The notes below the pieces were generated by a model. The model was not told where the DNA came from, searched no databases, and was given only the letters and a program-made list of their open reading frames with translations. A DNA stretch of 64,000 nt from a virus, in the IMG/VR virus record IMGVR_UViG_3300020536_000010, positions 1-64,000 of that record; one strand, given 5' to 3'. This document shows positions 8,093-17,558 of the stretch, in pieces. Each line of letters starts with the position of its first letter. Position 1 is the stretch's first letter. A program made the translations under genes and the position numbers.

Positions 8093-8824
8093 ATGGCTTC
8101 TGAAAGTATTGGCTCAATATACCCAACGCAAATTCCTGGGTATGACGATGCTGCTGACATCAAGGCAGCCCTAAAACTATATCATTATGGATCTGTTACT
8201 GTTCCAACTGTAGATGAAATAGGAACTGATCCAGGAGAGATAGTAGCCAATTCTGTTGCAGGACACCTTAAGGCATTAGACACTAGAATAGATTTGGTAG
8301 AAGCTGTTGGCGTTGGATCTGATTACGCTACAACAGAACCAGTTTCACCAGCAGATGGTTTTATTTGGGTAGATGCAAATAGTACAGCACCAACACCAAC
8401 CTCACCAAATTGGCAATTAATTTCTTCAGGATCTATGCTAGGAGCATCAATCAGCGTATCTGGCATCGATGGACAAAAATTTTATATCTTATTAAATAAC
8501 TGGAGTCATAACAATACGATAGATGATGGATTAAGAATTAGGTTTAACTCTATCTCTACAGCATCTTATGTTTTATATCCAGACTCAACACCAGCAAACG
8601 GGTTTGACCTTGGAGAAGTCACGGACTCGTCTACTCAAGTAAACATTATTAGTGTAGATTTATCTGCAACTGCATCTTTGGTTAAACCAGTAGCAATAAC
8701 TGGAACTGGCGAGTCACATACTGGATACTTTATTAATTCTACAGCAATTACATCTGCACAAATATCGCTTGCCAACGGAGGAAGTTTTGACAGTGGAACA
8801 TATCAAGTTTGGAGCTACGAATAA
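8093..8824 (+). CDS. putative fibre/structural protein
   Basis: EPVSPADGFIWVD fibre motif; beta-rich C-terminus. Confidence 0.6.
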   Translation: MASESIGSIYPTQIPGYDDAADIKAALKLYHYGSVTVPTVDEIGTDPGEIVANSVAGHLKALDTRIDLVEAVGVGSDYATTEPVSPADGFIWVDANSTAPTPTSPNWQLISSGSMLGASISVSGIDGQKFYILLNNWSHNNTIDDGLRIRFNSISTASYVLYPDSTPANGFDLGEVTDSSTQVNIISVDLSATASLVKPVAITGTGESHTGYFINSTAITSAQISLANGGSFDSGTYQVWSYE

Positions 8825-9471
8825 TGACAACTATTTCCTCTAACTCAAAAGTTGCCTATATCTACGATAGTGCAACAGACACTTGGTATCCAACAGCTGG
8901 TATAGCAAGCACATCTGCAAATTATTCTTGGACAGGAACTCACTCTTTTGGATCTACTACCACTTTTCAAAATTCTGTAACATTTGAAAATGTTCTTAAT
9001 GCTAAGGCTGGGGTTAATAATTTTCAGAATCCAGCAGCCAGAGATGCAGCAATAACATCACCAACTAATGGAGTTGTTGTTTTTGTTAGAGACGATGCCA
9101 ATGGAAATCAAATTAATCAGATACAGTATTACTTTAATGGATTCTGGATTAGCTATGGCGTAACTATTGATGAAAAAACAATATCCTATACGATTGCCCT
9201 TAATGATGTTAATAAACTTATTAAGGTAAATAGCTCTTCTAACCTAGAGGTTCTTATTCCCGTACACTCATCAGTTAATTTTCCAATTGGTTCAAGATTA
9301 GAAATTTATAGGGCTGGAACTGGAGAAGTTACTATTGCTGCAGTTAGTGGTTCTGGTGTAGTTGTAAGAAGCAAATTAAATAATAATAGGATATCAACTC
9401 AATATTCTGGTGCTATGATCACTAAGATTGGCACAGACGAGTGGCATTTGATTGGTGATTTGAAGGCATAG
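8824..9471 (+). CDS. fibre adaptor protein with C-terminal FPIG...GDL domain
   Basis: C-terminus aligns with that of 17559-19556. Confidence 0.65.
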   Translation: MTTISSNSKVAYIYDSATDTWYPTAGIASTSANYSWTGTHSFGSTTTFQNSVTFENVLNAKAGVNNFQNPAARDAAITSPTNGVVVFVRDDANGNQINQIQYYFNGFWISYGVTIDEKTISYTIALNDVNKLIKVNSSSNLEVLIPVHSSVNFPIGSRLEIYRAGTGEVTIAAVSGSGVVVRSKLNNNRISTQYSGAMITKIGTDEWHLIGDLKA

Positions 9472-9480
9472 GAGGATGCA

Positions 9481-10668
9481 ATGGTAAATGCATTTGGTTA
9501 CTATGCATCTGCAAAGGGAATGGTTTTGGTTCCAAACCTTTCTGAACTTACATCGGCTGCAGCCATCTCCGAATTAGAGTCTGAAGGCTTAAACTATTCT
9601 CTGGGTGCTGATGTAGATACTACAAATGCAGCCTTAGATAACCTAGTTGCAGCACAAGATCCAGCTGCAAATACCCTGGTTGATTATGAAACTGTAGTTC
9701 AATTTAGTCTTTACAATCTTGTTTCAGTGCCACCGTTCTTCCCGCCATTCTTCCCATTTTTCCCATTCTTTCCAAGTTTCCCATCAACACCATCAGTTTC
9801 TGTTTCAGCAACAGCAATTAGCGATACACAAATTAACGTAAGTTGGTCATTTACAAACTTTACAGCACAATCTTTTCAAATAACAAGAACTGGTGCCCCA
9901 CCATCTCCAAATGTATATCCGCTTGTAAATTCAACCGATACGACCTTTACAAATCTAGGTCTTACATGTAATTCAACATACACATATGACATTATATTTT
10001 ATAGCGGTCTAGATGGAACAGGAACACAGCTAAGCGGATCTGCAACAGCAACAACCTCAGCTTGTGCAGCTATATTTGCAATTACTAGCACATCATCAGG
10101 CCCAACAAGTATTACATATTCATGGGCGAATCCTCCAGCAGGAACCACCTCTTATAGTGTATTCTATGCAACTGAGGATGTCCCTAGTACGCCAGTCAGT
10201 ACAACATCAACAACCTATACTTTTGAAAGTCTAACCCCAAACACTACTTATCAGGTTTATACACAAGCTAGAAATTCAGGTGGCACACTATTGGCAACGG
10301 CATCTGCTTCTGTTTCAACACAACCAGTTTCATCACCATTCTTCCCTCCTTTCTTCCCACCCAGCTTCCCATTCTTCCCACCATTCTTCCCACCGTCATT
10401 CCCGTCATTCCCAGACTTTCCACCCAGCTTCCCACCAGAATTTGGATCAACAACCTATTATGGATGTTGTGGAGATGCAACTTCAGTAACTGGCACATAT
10501 GCTAGCCTAAGTGCTGCAACAACTGCAATGGAACAATTCTGTGCTACTGAAACAATGACTCCTTTAGTTAGTGGACCTAGCACATCGCCAATTTCTTGTT
10601 TGTGTGGTGGTCTCCCAGAGCCATACCCAGGACAGTGTTTCTGTAGTGGAGGAGTATGGATATGCTAA
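9481..10668 (+). CDS. PASTA + FN3 protein with two Pro-Phe repeat tracts and Cys-rich tail
   Basis: VPNL..LT...A...L...GL...VAAQDP.A...V (PASTA); SW/LTPNTTY (FN3); PPFFP tracts. Confidence 0.75.
   Translation: MVNAFGYYASAKGMVLVPNLSELTSAAAISELESEGLNYSLGADVDTTNAALDNLVAAQDPAANTLVDYETVVQFSLYNLVSVPPFFPPFFPFFPFFPSFPSTPSVSVSATAISDTQINVSWSFTNFTAQSFQITRTGAPPSPNVYPLVNSTDTTFTNLGLTCNSTYTYDIIFYSGLDGTGTQLSGSATATTSACAAIFAITSTSSGPTSITYSWANPPAGTTSYSVFYATEDVPSTPVSTTSTTYTFESLTPNTTYQVYTQARNSGGTLLATASASVSTQPVSSPFFPPFFPPSFPFFPPFFPPSFPSFPDFPPSFPPEFGSTTYYGCCGDATSVTGTYASLSAATTAMEQFCATETMTPLVSGPSTSPISCLCGGLPEPYPGQCFCSGGVWIC
9730..9783 (+). repeat. Pro-Phe coding repeat 1
   Basis: PPFFPPFFPFFPFFPSFP. Confidence 0.9.
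10336..10443 (+). repeat. Pro-Phe coding repeat 2
   Basis: PFFPPFFPPSFPFFPPFFPPSFPSFPDFPPSFPPEF. Confidence 0.9.
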
Positions 10669-10692
10669 AATATAATAAAAAGGAAGACAATA

Positions 10693-10908
10693 ATGACAGA
10701 CGCTGAAGCATTAATAAAAAGATTTGCATTTGTAGTGGATGGAGATGTTATAGGAGTTATCCATATTCCAAACACCGCTCCAAATTATGAAAGACTTTGG
10801 GCTGGACTAAGCTCTAACCCAATAGTTGTAGAATCAACTATTGATCCAGACATTAATTATGGCTGGTCCTATGACGGAGAAACTTTTACAGCACCAGAAA
10901 GTATCTAA
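10693..10908 (+). CDS. small fibre-associated protein
   Basis: FAFVVDGDV...GWSYDGETFTAP, resembles phage fibre-assembly proteins. Confidence 0.65.
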   Translation: MTDAEALIKRFAFVVDGDVIGVIHIPNTAPNYERLWAGLSSNPIVVESTIDPDINYGWSYDGETFTAPESI

Positions 10909-10909
10909 T

Positions 10910-11146
10910 ATGAGTAAGATATCTCCATGGCAACAATGGAAACAAAATTTAGGAGAAACTCGTCCTTGGGACCTTATAAATCCTCAAACTCAATGGGCAA
11001 CAGAAGAGGTCTCAACAAACAGGTTTGATATCTGTAAGTCTTGTCCAGAATTAATTAAGCCAACATCTCAATGTAAAAAATGCGGATGCTTTATGACTGC
11101 AAAAACAAAGCTAGCTTTGGCAACCTGTCCATTAGGTAAATGGTAA
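10910..11146 (+). CDS. small Cys-rich protein (CxxC..CxxCGC..CPxGKW)
   Basis: Paralog of 3531-3728. Confidence 0.8.
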   Translation: MSKISPWQQWKQNLGETRPWDLINPQTQWATEEVSTNRFDICKSCPELIKPTSQCKKCGCFMTAKTKLALATCPLGKW

Positions 11147-11742
11147 TGAATAAAAAAGAGCTTGCCCCTGGAATTGTTCTTTATAAAGATATTTTTAATG
11201 GATATCAAACTTTAATTTCAGATATAGAAAATGCTGTAGATTCAAAGATTACTAGTTGGAGCCAGGCATCAGTAGTAGAGAAAAATTTTGATGGCATTAA
11301 CACAGAATCAAGGGATACCCTTAGTCTTATAGTTCCACACCTTAATAATTTGTCACCAAATTTATCAATACCGCCAAACTCTTTTAACTATAATCTCAGT
11401 AAAATATTTTTTAAAGTTTTTGATCCATTTGAAAGAGATTACATGTTTATGTATAATGTTTGGGCACCAACACACGACCAATACAGTATATTAAAATATG
11501 GAGTTGGCCAAAAATTTATAAATCATATTGATGATTGCCAAGATTATCACCGTAGAATTTCTACTGTTTATTATGTTAATGACGATTATGTTGGCGGAGA
11601 GATTGAGTTTCCAAGATTTAACATATCATATAAACCAAAAGCAAATGAGCTATTAATATTCCCATCAACATATGTATATAATCATTCTGTGAACAGAGTA
11701 ATAGAGGGTACTCGCTATTCTATTGTTAGTTGGCTAAAGTAA
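11146..11742 (+). CDS. 2OG-Fe(II) oxygenase, prolyl-4-hydroxylase-like
   Basis: HID...YVNDDYVGGEIEFP...HSV...GTRYSIVSW. Confidence 0.9.
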   Translation: MNKKELAPGIVLYKDIFNGYQTLISDIENAVDSKITSWSQASVVEKNFDGINTESRDTLSLIVPHLNNLSPNLSIPPNSFNYNLSKIFFKVFDPFERDYMFMYNVWAPTHDQYSILKYGVGQKFINHIDDCQDYHRRISTVYYVNDDYVGGEIEFPRFNISYKPKANELLIFPSTYVYNHSVNRVIEGTRYSIVSWLK

Positions 11743-12262
11743 AGGTAGTCCAGGCAGACCAATCTTTGCCACCATTTGACATATGGTATGCAATCTTGGC
11801 ATTTGTCAGGGGATTAAATAAATCCTCATTTTTGCTTAATCCATATTTAACTCTACGATCTTTCCCCATAGAACCAGTCATATTGATTTGAAATAGTCCA
11901 TAGCAATTACTTGATCTATTTAATGCATATGGTCTATTGGTAGATTCTAGAAAAACTATTCTTTGTGCTATCTTAAGTCCCTTGCCAGAAAATCCAGCCT
12001 TTTGTAATATCTTCGTAATTTGAGGATCAGAAAATCTAAACTTTCTGCTTTCTGGATTTAGCCAAGGCCTAGGTGTTATGATTTTGATATTTACTCTATC
12101 AAATGCCTGCAATCTTTGTATAAAGTCCCAATTGCCAGTTTTAACAGTTTGCGTATAGATGACTGGCTTTTCTTCAGCCAAAGCCTGTGGCTGGCTAGAG
12201 CCAAGAAGGATAGCCCCTATTGACCCAAAAACTACTAATGATTTTTTAGTCAAGGGGGACAT
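11726..12262 (-). CDS. secreted lytic transglycosylase / lysozyme-like protein
   Basis: Signal peptide; LES catalytic Glu, YGLFQIN, LFNPLTNAKIA, WSAW; start uncertain. Confidence 0.85.
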   Translation of the reverse strand: MSPLTKKSLVVFGSIGAILLGSSQPQALAEEKPVIYTQTVKTGNWDFIQRLQAFDRVNIKIITPRPWLNPESRKFRFSDPQITKILQKAGFSGKGLKIAQRIVFLESTNRPYALNRSSNCYGLFQINMTGSMGKDRRVKYGLSKNEDLFNPLTNAKIAYHMSNGGKDWSAWTTFTLAN

Positions 12263-12884
12263 CCAAAACCCTAACAAACCTTATTTCTGCATTATCAAAA
12301 GCTGGGCTGTCTAAAGATATGATTTCTGTTCTATCACCCTTATTGAAGCCAGCATGAATTACTTTATTGTTTCCAATGTAAATAGCAGAGTGGTTGAAGT
12401 TTTTATATCCTTTATTTCTAAATACCACGACATCTCCAGGCTTTGGATCTTTTACCTTTGGCTTCATCCATCCCTGCTTGCTTGCAGAATGTGGAACTTC
12501 TTTTCCCAGTCCTTCATAAAACCAAACAACAAGACCTGAGCAGTCCCATCCTCTGGGGGTAGAGCCACTAAAAACATACCAAGTTCTATTGGCATATTTT
12601 CTAATTTCTTTAATTCTTTTAGCAATGTGTCTTTTATTCTCAAATTGCTGTTGTTTAATTCTTTGTTCTTTTAGCTGTGCCGCTGCTCTTTCTGCAGCTA
12701 TTTTTTCAAGCATGGTTTTATTATTTCCATATTCAATCATGGCATCAATAAAAGAAGGGGCTGCTTCTTTCGAAAGGTTGGTTTGGGTATTTTTGTTAAT
12801 ATTGTAATAGTCAGAATAACCAACGGCAGAAGAGCATGCCACAAGAACTACTGTTAAAGTGCTTACTGTTGCAAGTTTTTTCAC
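12246..12884 (-). CDS. secreted NlpC/P60 peptidoglycan endopeptidase
   Basis: AGGAGG RBS and GTG 12884; LVAC lipobox-like; GWDCSGL, PGDVVVF, HSAIYIG, HA. Confidence 0.9.
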   Translation of the reverse strand: MKKLATVSTLTVVLVACSSAVGYSDYYNINKNTQTNLSKEAAPSFIDAMIEYGNNKTMLEKIAAERAAAQLKEQRIKQQQFENKRHIAKRIKEIRKYANRTWYVFSGSTPRGWDCSGLVVWFYEGLGKEVPHSASKQGWMKPKVKDPKPGDVVVFRNKGYKNFNHSAIYIGNNKVIHAGFNKGDRTEIISLDSPAFDNAEIRFVRVLDVPLD

Positions 12885-12979
12885 ACTGCACCTCCTATAA
12901 AGCACAAAAACACCTTTTTTAAGGGTGTTCAATAAATTATACCACTTTTTGGTCATTTTGTCATGTTATAATTATTTTT

Positions 12980-13483
12980 ATGGCAACTGATAAAACTACT
13001 AATTATGAGATACCGTTTCCAAAGTCAACTGATTTTGTTAATGTCCATGGAGATTTGGAAGATCTGGCAAATAAGATAGATACAATTCTTCCATCCGCAT
13101 CATATTCTCAGCTTGCAGTTTTGAATAACAGTGGGGCAACAGTAAATGCTGGAGACCCTGTATACGTGACTGGCTATACAACTAAAACTACGGTTGCCAG
13201 AGCCACCTCTTCAACAACGCAGGCTATTCTTGGTTTAGCAAAAACAAATATTCCAAATGGAGATAGTGGTATCATCGTGGTATCAGGCATTCTAGAAAAT
13301 ATTAATACATCTAGTTTTACTGCTGGAGATATTTTATATGCTGGTTCATCAGGCGGACTAACAACAACTCAGGATGTTGGTGGGGCAGTTGGTATTGTTG
13401 CATATGCAGCAGAAACAGGTCTTGTCATTGTAGAGGCAAAGGGTAATGGAACTTGGGGGGCACTAAAAGCTGGATTAGCTTAA
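12980..13483 (+). CDS. capsid decoration / fibre-base-like protein
   Basis: AGDPVYV...ILGLA...FTAGDILY...GGLTTT cement-like beta domain. Confidence 0.55.
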   Translation: MATDKTTNYEIPFPKSTDFVNVHGDLEDLANKIDTILPSASYSQLAVLNNSGATVNAGDPVYVTGYTTKTTVARATSSTTQAILGLAKTNIPNGDSGIIVVSGILENINTSSFTAGDILYAGSSGGLTTTQDVGGAVGIVAYAAETGLVIVEAKGNGTWGALKAGLA

Positions 13484-13500
13484 TGTGATATAATACGACT

Positions 13501-13911
13501 ATGGCTACTACTAGAGGTTCTGCATCAGCTTATTCTGTTGGAAACAATCCACCAGTTGTTACTTGGACAGTCGTTCGTGGAGATACTGCTGCATTTAGAG
13601 TATATGTTACAGATGATGAGCGTCAGCCACTAAACATTCCAGATTGGACCATTAATATGAAAATGAAACGTCCAGCCAACCCAATCATTCCCCCAGTATT
13701 TACAGATTCTGCAACTTTACTTCTCACACTTACTCCAGCTGCAGACCCAGATGACGAGCCAGGAGAGTTTACGGTATCGCTGACTGCCGAGCAAACTCAC
13801 GATCTAGAAACTGGAGATATTTTTGACATTCAGCTATCTTTGCCACAAGACGAGATTGTTTGGACGGTAGCCCAGGGTGCTATGATTATTCTTGAGGATG
13901 TAACTGACTAA
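13501..13911 (+). CDS. virion adaptor protein, BppU-N-like
   Basis: WTVVRGDTAAFRV, paralog of 5899. Confidence 0.6.
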   Translation: MATTRGSASAYSVGNNPPVVTWTVVRGDTAAFRVYVTDDERQPLNIPDWTINMKMKRPANPIIPPVFTDSATLLLTLTPAADPDDEPGEFTVSLTAEQTHDLETGDIFDIQLSLPQDEIVWTVAQGAMIILEDVTD

Positions 13912-14132
13912 TGGCTACAGCAGTCATTACTAATAAATCAAACCTAGCTAGAAAGATAGAATCTAAAAACTATTCTAGATTTACTATCGTGCCATCCAGA
14001 AAAATTGTTCGCATTGATGAAACATTACCATTTAGAATTCGTTTAACAAATATCATGGTTCCTGGATATAATCAAAATAATATTCCAGGTATTGGACTTC
14101 AGATTATAGGTTACAGCAACTATATTCTCTAA
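13911..14132 (+). CDS. hypothetical structural protein
   Basis: TAATG-coupled ORF. Confidence 0.6.
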   Translation: MATAVITNKSNLARKIESKNYSRFTIVPSRKIVRIDETLPFRIRLTNIMVPGYNQNNIPGIGLQIIGYSNYIL

Positions 14133-14163
14133 TTGTTTTAATAAACGCTTGTATAATTAGAGC

Positions 14164-14610
14164 ATGGCAAGAACCTCTATTTCCTATGTAAAAACACGTT
14201 TCGAGACTGGAGATCGTCCATCTCAAGAAGACTATGTTGATTTAATTGATACCGTTGCTGGCCAGGCTACAGACCTGGGAACATCTGGTAACAATGAGAA
14301 CACAATCACAGGTATTGAAAACCCAACCGTTATTGACAGCTTTGATGCAACGGTATGGAGAATGGTCAAATATATTATTTCTATTGCAAAGACATCAGCA
14401 GGAGATAATAAGTTCTATGCCACAGAATTGACCCTATTGGTTGACGGAGAAGACGTTTCCGTTAGCGAATATGGCACAATAGACAACGATGGGAATATGG
14501 GAACCATTAGTGTCTCTAGGGCTGGCAATACAGTAGCAATTACTGTTACCCCAGATCCAGCTATTAAGCCAGTCACAGTACGTTACGCACGTATTGGACT
14601 TAAGGCATAA
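14164..14610 (+). CDS. fibre connector protein
   Basis: FETGDRPSQEDYVDLID N-terminus; C-terminal SEYG domain shared with 14629. Confidence 0.65.
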   Translation: MARTSISYVKTRFETGDRPSQEDYVDLIDTVAGQATDLGTSGNNENTITGIENPTVIDSFDATVWRMVKYIISIAKTSAGDNKFYATELTLLVDGEDVSVSEYGTIDNDGNMGTISVSRAGNTVAITVTPDPAIKPVTVRYARIGLKA

Positions 14611-14628
14611 CTAAAAGGAGATATAAAA

Positions 14629-17016
14629 ATGGCAACAGTCGTAAAAGACTTTAAGGTAAAAAATGGTCTGATTGTTGAAGGAACTACTGGTACCATCAAC
14701 AATTTTGATATTTTAACAAAAAGCTCTGCAGACCAAACATATATTACAAATTTGGTTGGTGGAACAGGAACAGCACTTAACACACCAGACACACTCGTAA
14801 AGCGGGATGGCTCTGGTAATTTTGCTGCTGGAACAATTACAGCAAATCTTACTGGTAACGTAACTGGTACAGTATCTGATATTTCAAACCACGATACAGA
14901 TGACCTAGACGAAGGAACAACAAACAAGTACTTTACTGATTCTCGTGCTAAGACATCAGCAGCTGAGTTGCTTACGGGTGCAACACTAACAAACATTACT
15001 ATTACTGGTACTGGATCTGGTCTTACAATTACAGCAGAAAATGGTGTAGATGACTCTACAACAGACGACCTTGATGAAGGCACAACAAACCTTTATTATA
15101 CAAACCAGAGAGTTGATGACTACATCAATGCATCTATTGACACTGATGACATTTCTGAGGGTGCTACAAACAAGTACTTTACAGAGGGACGAGTTCACGA
15201 TGCTCTATCTGCTGGAGATGGTCTAGACTATAACTCCACAACTGGTGAATTCTCTGCAGATCTTGGATACGGTCTACAGTTTGATGGCTCTGGACAGATT
15301 GAGGTTGATGGCTCAGTAATTGCAACTGACCAAAATCTATCTGACGCAATTGATGCTCACAACGTATCTTCTGGAGTTCACGGAGTAACTGGAGATGTTG
15401 TTGGTACAACAGATTCTCAGACTCTGTCAAACAAGACTCTCGGATCTAACCTAGATGCTGGAACACACAGAATTACAAACCTTAGCGACCCATCAAGCTC
15501 ATCTGATGCAGCTACCAAGGCATATGTTGATTCATATGCTGAGGGTCTTCACATTCACGCATCAGCAGTTGCTGCTACCACAACAAACATTAGCATAGCT
15601 AATGACCTTATGGTTGGAGACACTATTGACGGCGTTAATCTTGCATCTGGAAACCGTGTCCTTGTAAAGAACCAGACCAATGCTGCAGAAAATGGTATTT
15701 ATGAAGTTCAGCCATCTGGATCTGCTCTTCGTGCAGCAGACTTTGATGCTCCAGCTGAAGTAAACGGTGGTGACTTTATCTTCGTAACTGGAGGTAACGC
15801 TAACGACAACACTGGTTGGGTACAGACATCTACAGGCGTAGTTACAATTGGAACTGACCCAATTACCTTTACTCAGTTCTCTGGTGCTGGCACATACCTT
15901 GCTGGAAATGGTCTAGACCTTAATGGCAACACATTTGAAATTGATGAAACCGTTGTTGCTACTAGAACATGGGTTGGGGAAGAGCTTGATGCACACGTAG
16001 ATCTAGAAAGCGGTGTGCACGGTGTAACTGGTGATGTTGTCGGTACAAGCGACACTCAGACTCTTACCAATAAGACTCTTGGTTCTGGAACAGTGCTTGG
16101 TGCAAATCTTGATGCAACCAACACATACAAGGTTACAAACCTTGTAGACCCAACATCCAACCAGGATGCAGCAACCAAGAAGTATGTTGATGATGAAGTT
16201 TCTGATGTTGCTGGAGACCTAACTACACACCAGAATGCTACAACTGGTATTCACGGTGTAACTGGAAACATTGTAGGAACCTCCGACAGCCAGACACTAA
16301 CAAACAAGACAATTGATGGATCTAGCAATACACTTTCAAACATTGCAAATGCATCTCTTGTAAATGATTCTGTTACAGTAAATGGCAATGAGGTTGAGCT
16401 TGGCTCAAGCATCACGCTTGACACTGACGATGTTGCAGAGGGCACTACAAATAAGTACTTCACTGACAACCGTGCCAAGGATGCAGCAGGATATTTGCTA
16501 GAAAATGCATCACAGACAAATATTGCAATCGTTTATGATGAAGTAAACCGCACATTGTCTGTTACAGCAGAGAATGGTGTTGCAGATTCAGACACTGACG
16601 ATCTAGCTGAAGGCACAAGCAACCTTTACTTTACTGATCAGAGGGCAATTGATGCTCTAGAGGGAGTTACACCAAACTTCCCAGCAGTGGAGATTGATTC
16701 TGTTGCAAAGCAGGTAGCTGCAGAAGCTTCTGTCCCAACTGCAAGCACAAGCACTGCAGTTTCATGGGCTAAGGCAGACTACAGATCAGCTGAATTCCTA
16801 GTAAAATTTGCTAGTGGATCTCACACAGAAATTGCAAAGGTACTTCTAACAATGGACACTTCTGACAACATTGCTATTACAGAATATGCAATTGTCGGAA
16901 CCAACGGAGACCTTGGCTCAATTTCTGCAGATGTAAATGGAAATGATGTAAGACTACGTGTTACAACTGTAAACAACAACTCAACAGTTGCTGTGGTTGG
17001 AACACTACTAAAGTAA
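14629..17016 (+). CDS. long repetitive fibre protein
   Basis: 5x TDD(L/I/V).EG..N.Y(F/Y)T, 3x HGVTG..VGT.D.QTL.NKT, RVLVKNQT module. Confidence 0.8.
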   Translation: MATVVKDFKVKNGLIVEGTTGTINNFDILTKSSADQTYITNLVGGTGTALNTPDTLVKRDGSGNFAAGTITANLTGNVTGTVSDISNHDTDDLDEGTTNKYFTDSRAKTSAAELLTGATLTNITITGTGSGLTITAENGVDDSTTDDLDEGTTNLYYTNQRVDDYINASIDTDDISEGATNKYFTEGRVHDALSAGDGLDYNSTTGEFSADLGYGLQFDGSGQIEVDGSVIATDQNLSDAIDAHNVSSGVHGVTGDVVGTTDSQTLSNKTLGSNLDAGTHRITNLSDPSSSSDAATKAYVDSYAEGLHIHASAVAATTTNISIANDLMVGDTIDGVNLASGNRVLVKNQTNAAENGIYEVQPSGSALRAADFDAPAEVNGGDFIFVTGGNANDNTGWVQTSTGVVTIGTDPITFTQFSGAGTYLAGNGLDLNGNTFEIDETVVATRTWVGEELDAHVDLESGVHGVTGDVVGTSDTQTLTNKTLGSGTVLGANLDATNTYKVTNLVDPTSNQDAATKKYVDDEVSDVAGDLTTHQNATTGIHGVTGNIVGTSDSQTLTNKTIDGSSNTLSNIANASLVNDSVTVNGNEVELGSSITLDTDDVAEGTTNKYFTDNRAKDAAGYLLENASQTNIAIVYDEVNRTLSVTAENGVADSDTDDLAEGTSNLYFTDQRAIDALEGVTPNFPAVEIDSVAKQVAAEASVPTASTSTAVSWAKADYRSAEFLVKFASGSHTEIAKVLLTMDTSDNIAITEYAIVGTNGDLGSISADVNGNDVRLRVTTVNNNSTVAVVGTLLK

Positions 17017-17049
17017 AATAAAATATAGATAACAGGAGAGTGGTAGATC

Positions 17050-17505
17050 TTGGCTACAACAGATAAAGACTTTAAGGTCAAAAATGGCTTGCAGGTTGCA
17101 AGTGGAGGTTCGTTTGGTGGTGCAGTAACAGTTGGCACACCAAGCCTAGCTGACCATGCTGTAACTAAGTCTTATGTTGATGCTCTAATTGGCGGTATGC
17201 CAGTTGGATCTACCCCTCCTGTTTCTCCAGATAATGGAGACATGTGGTTTGATACGCTAACAGAAAGAGTTAACGTATACTATGGCGGTACATGGTTAAC
17301 CATAGCAGTAATTGATGACACCCTGAATATTCCACAACACATTCACGATACATCAATTGACGGAAATGGCTTAATCGTAACTACTTTTACAAGTGGTGGA
17401 AGCTTTAATGATCCACAGGGAGCACCAGTAGATGGTGGTGGACCAGACACAACTGTTTGGACACTAACACTTGATGGTGGAAGTCCTGTAGATAACTTTA
17501 ACTAA
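17050..17505 (+). CDS. fibre connector protein
   Basis: N-terminal KDFKVKNGL as in 14629; NGDMWFDT; C-terminal DGG motifs. Confidence 0.65.
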   Translation: MATTDKDFKVKNGLQVASGGSFGGAVTVGTPSLADHAVTKSYVDALIGGMPVGSTPPVSPDNGDMWFDTLTERVNVYYGGTWLTIAVIDDTLNIPQHIHDTSIDGNGLIVTTFTSGGSFNDPQGAPVDGGGPDTTVWTLTLDGGSPVDNFN

Positions 17506-17558
17506 AATAGCGGTATAATAAAAGAGTATGGGCAGAACCCATTAGGAGAAAAGTATAA

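Noticed and set aside
12885-12935. c-di-AMP (ydaO) riboswitch ahead of the wall hydrolases
   Set aside because: The leader is only about 45 nt, too short; just one hairpin
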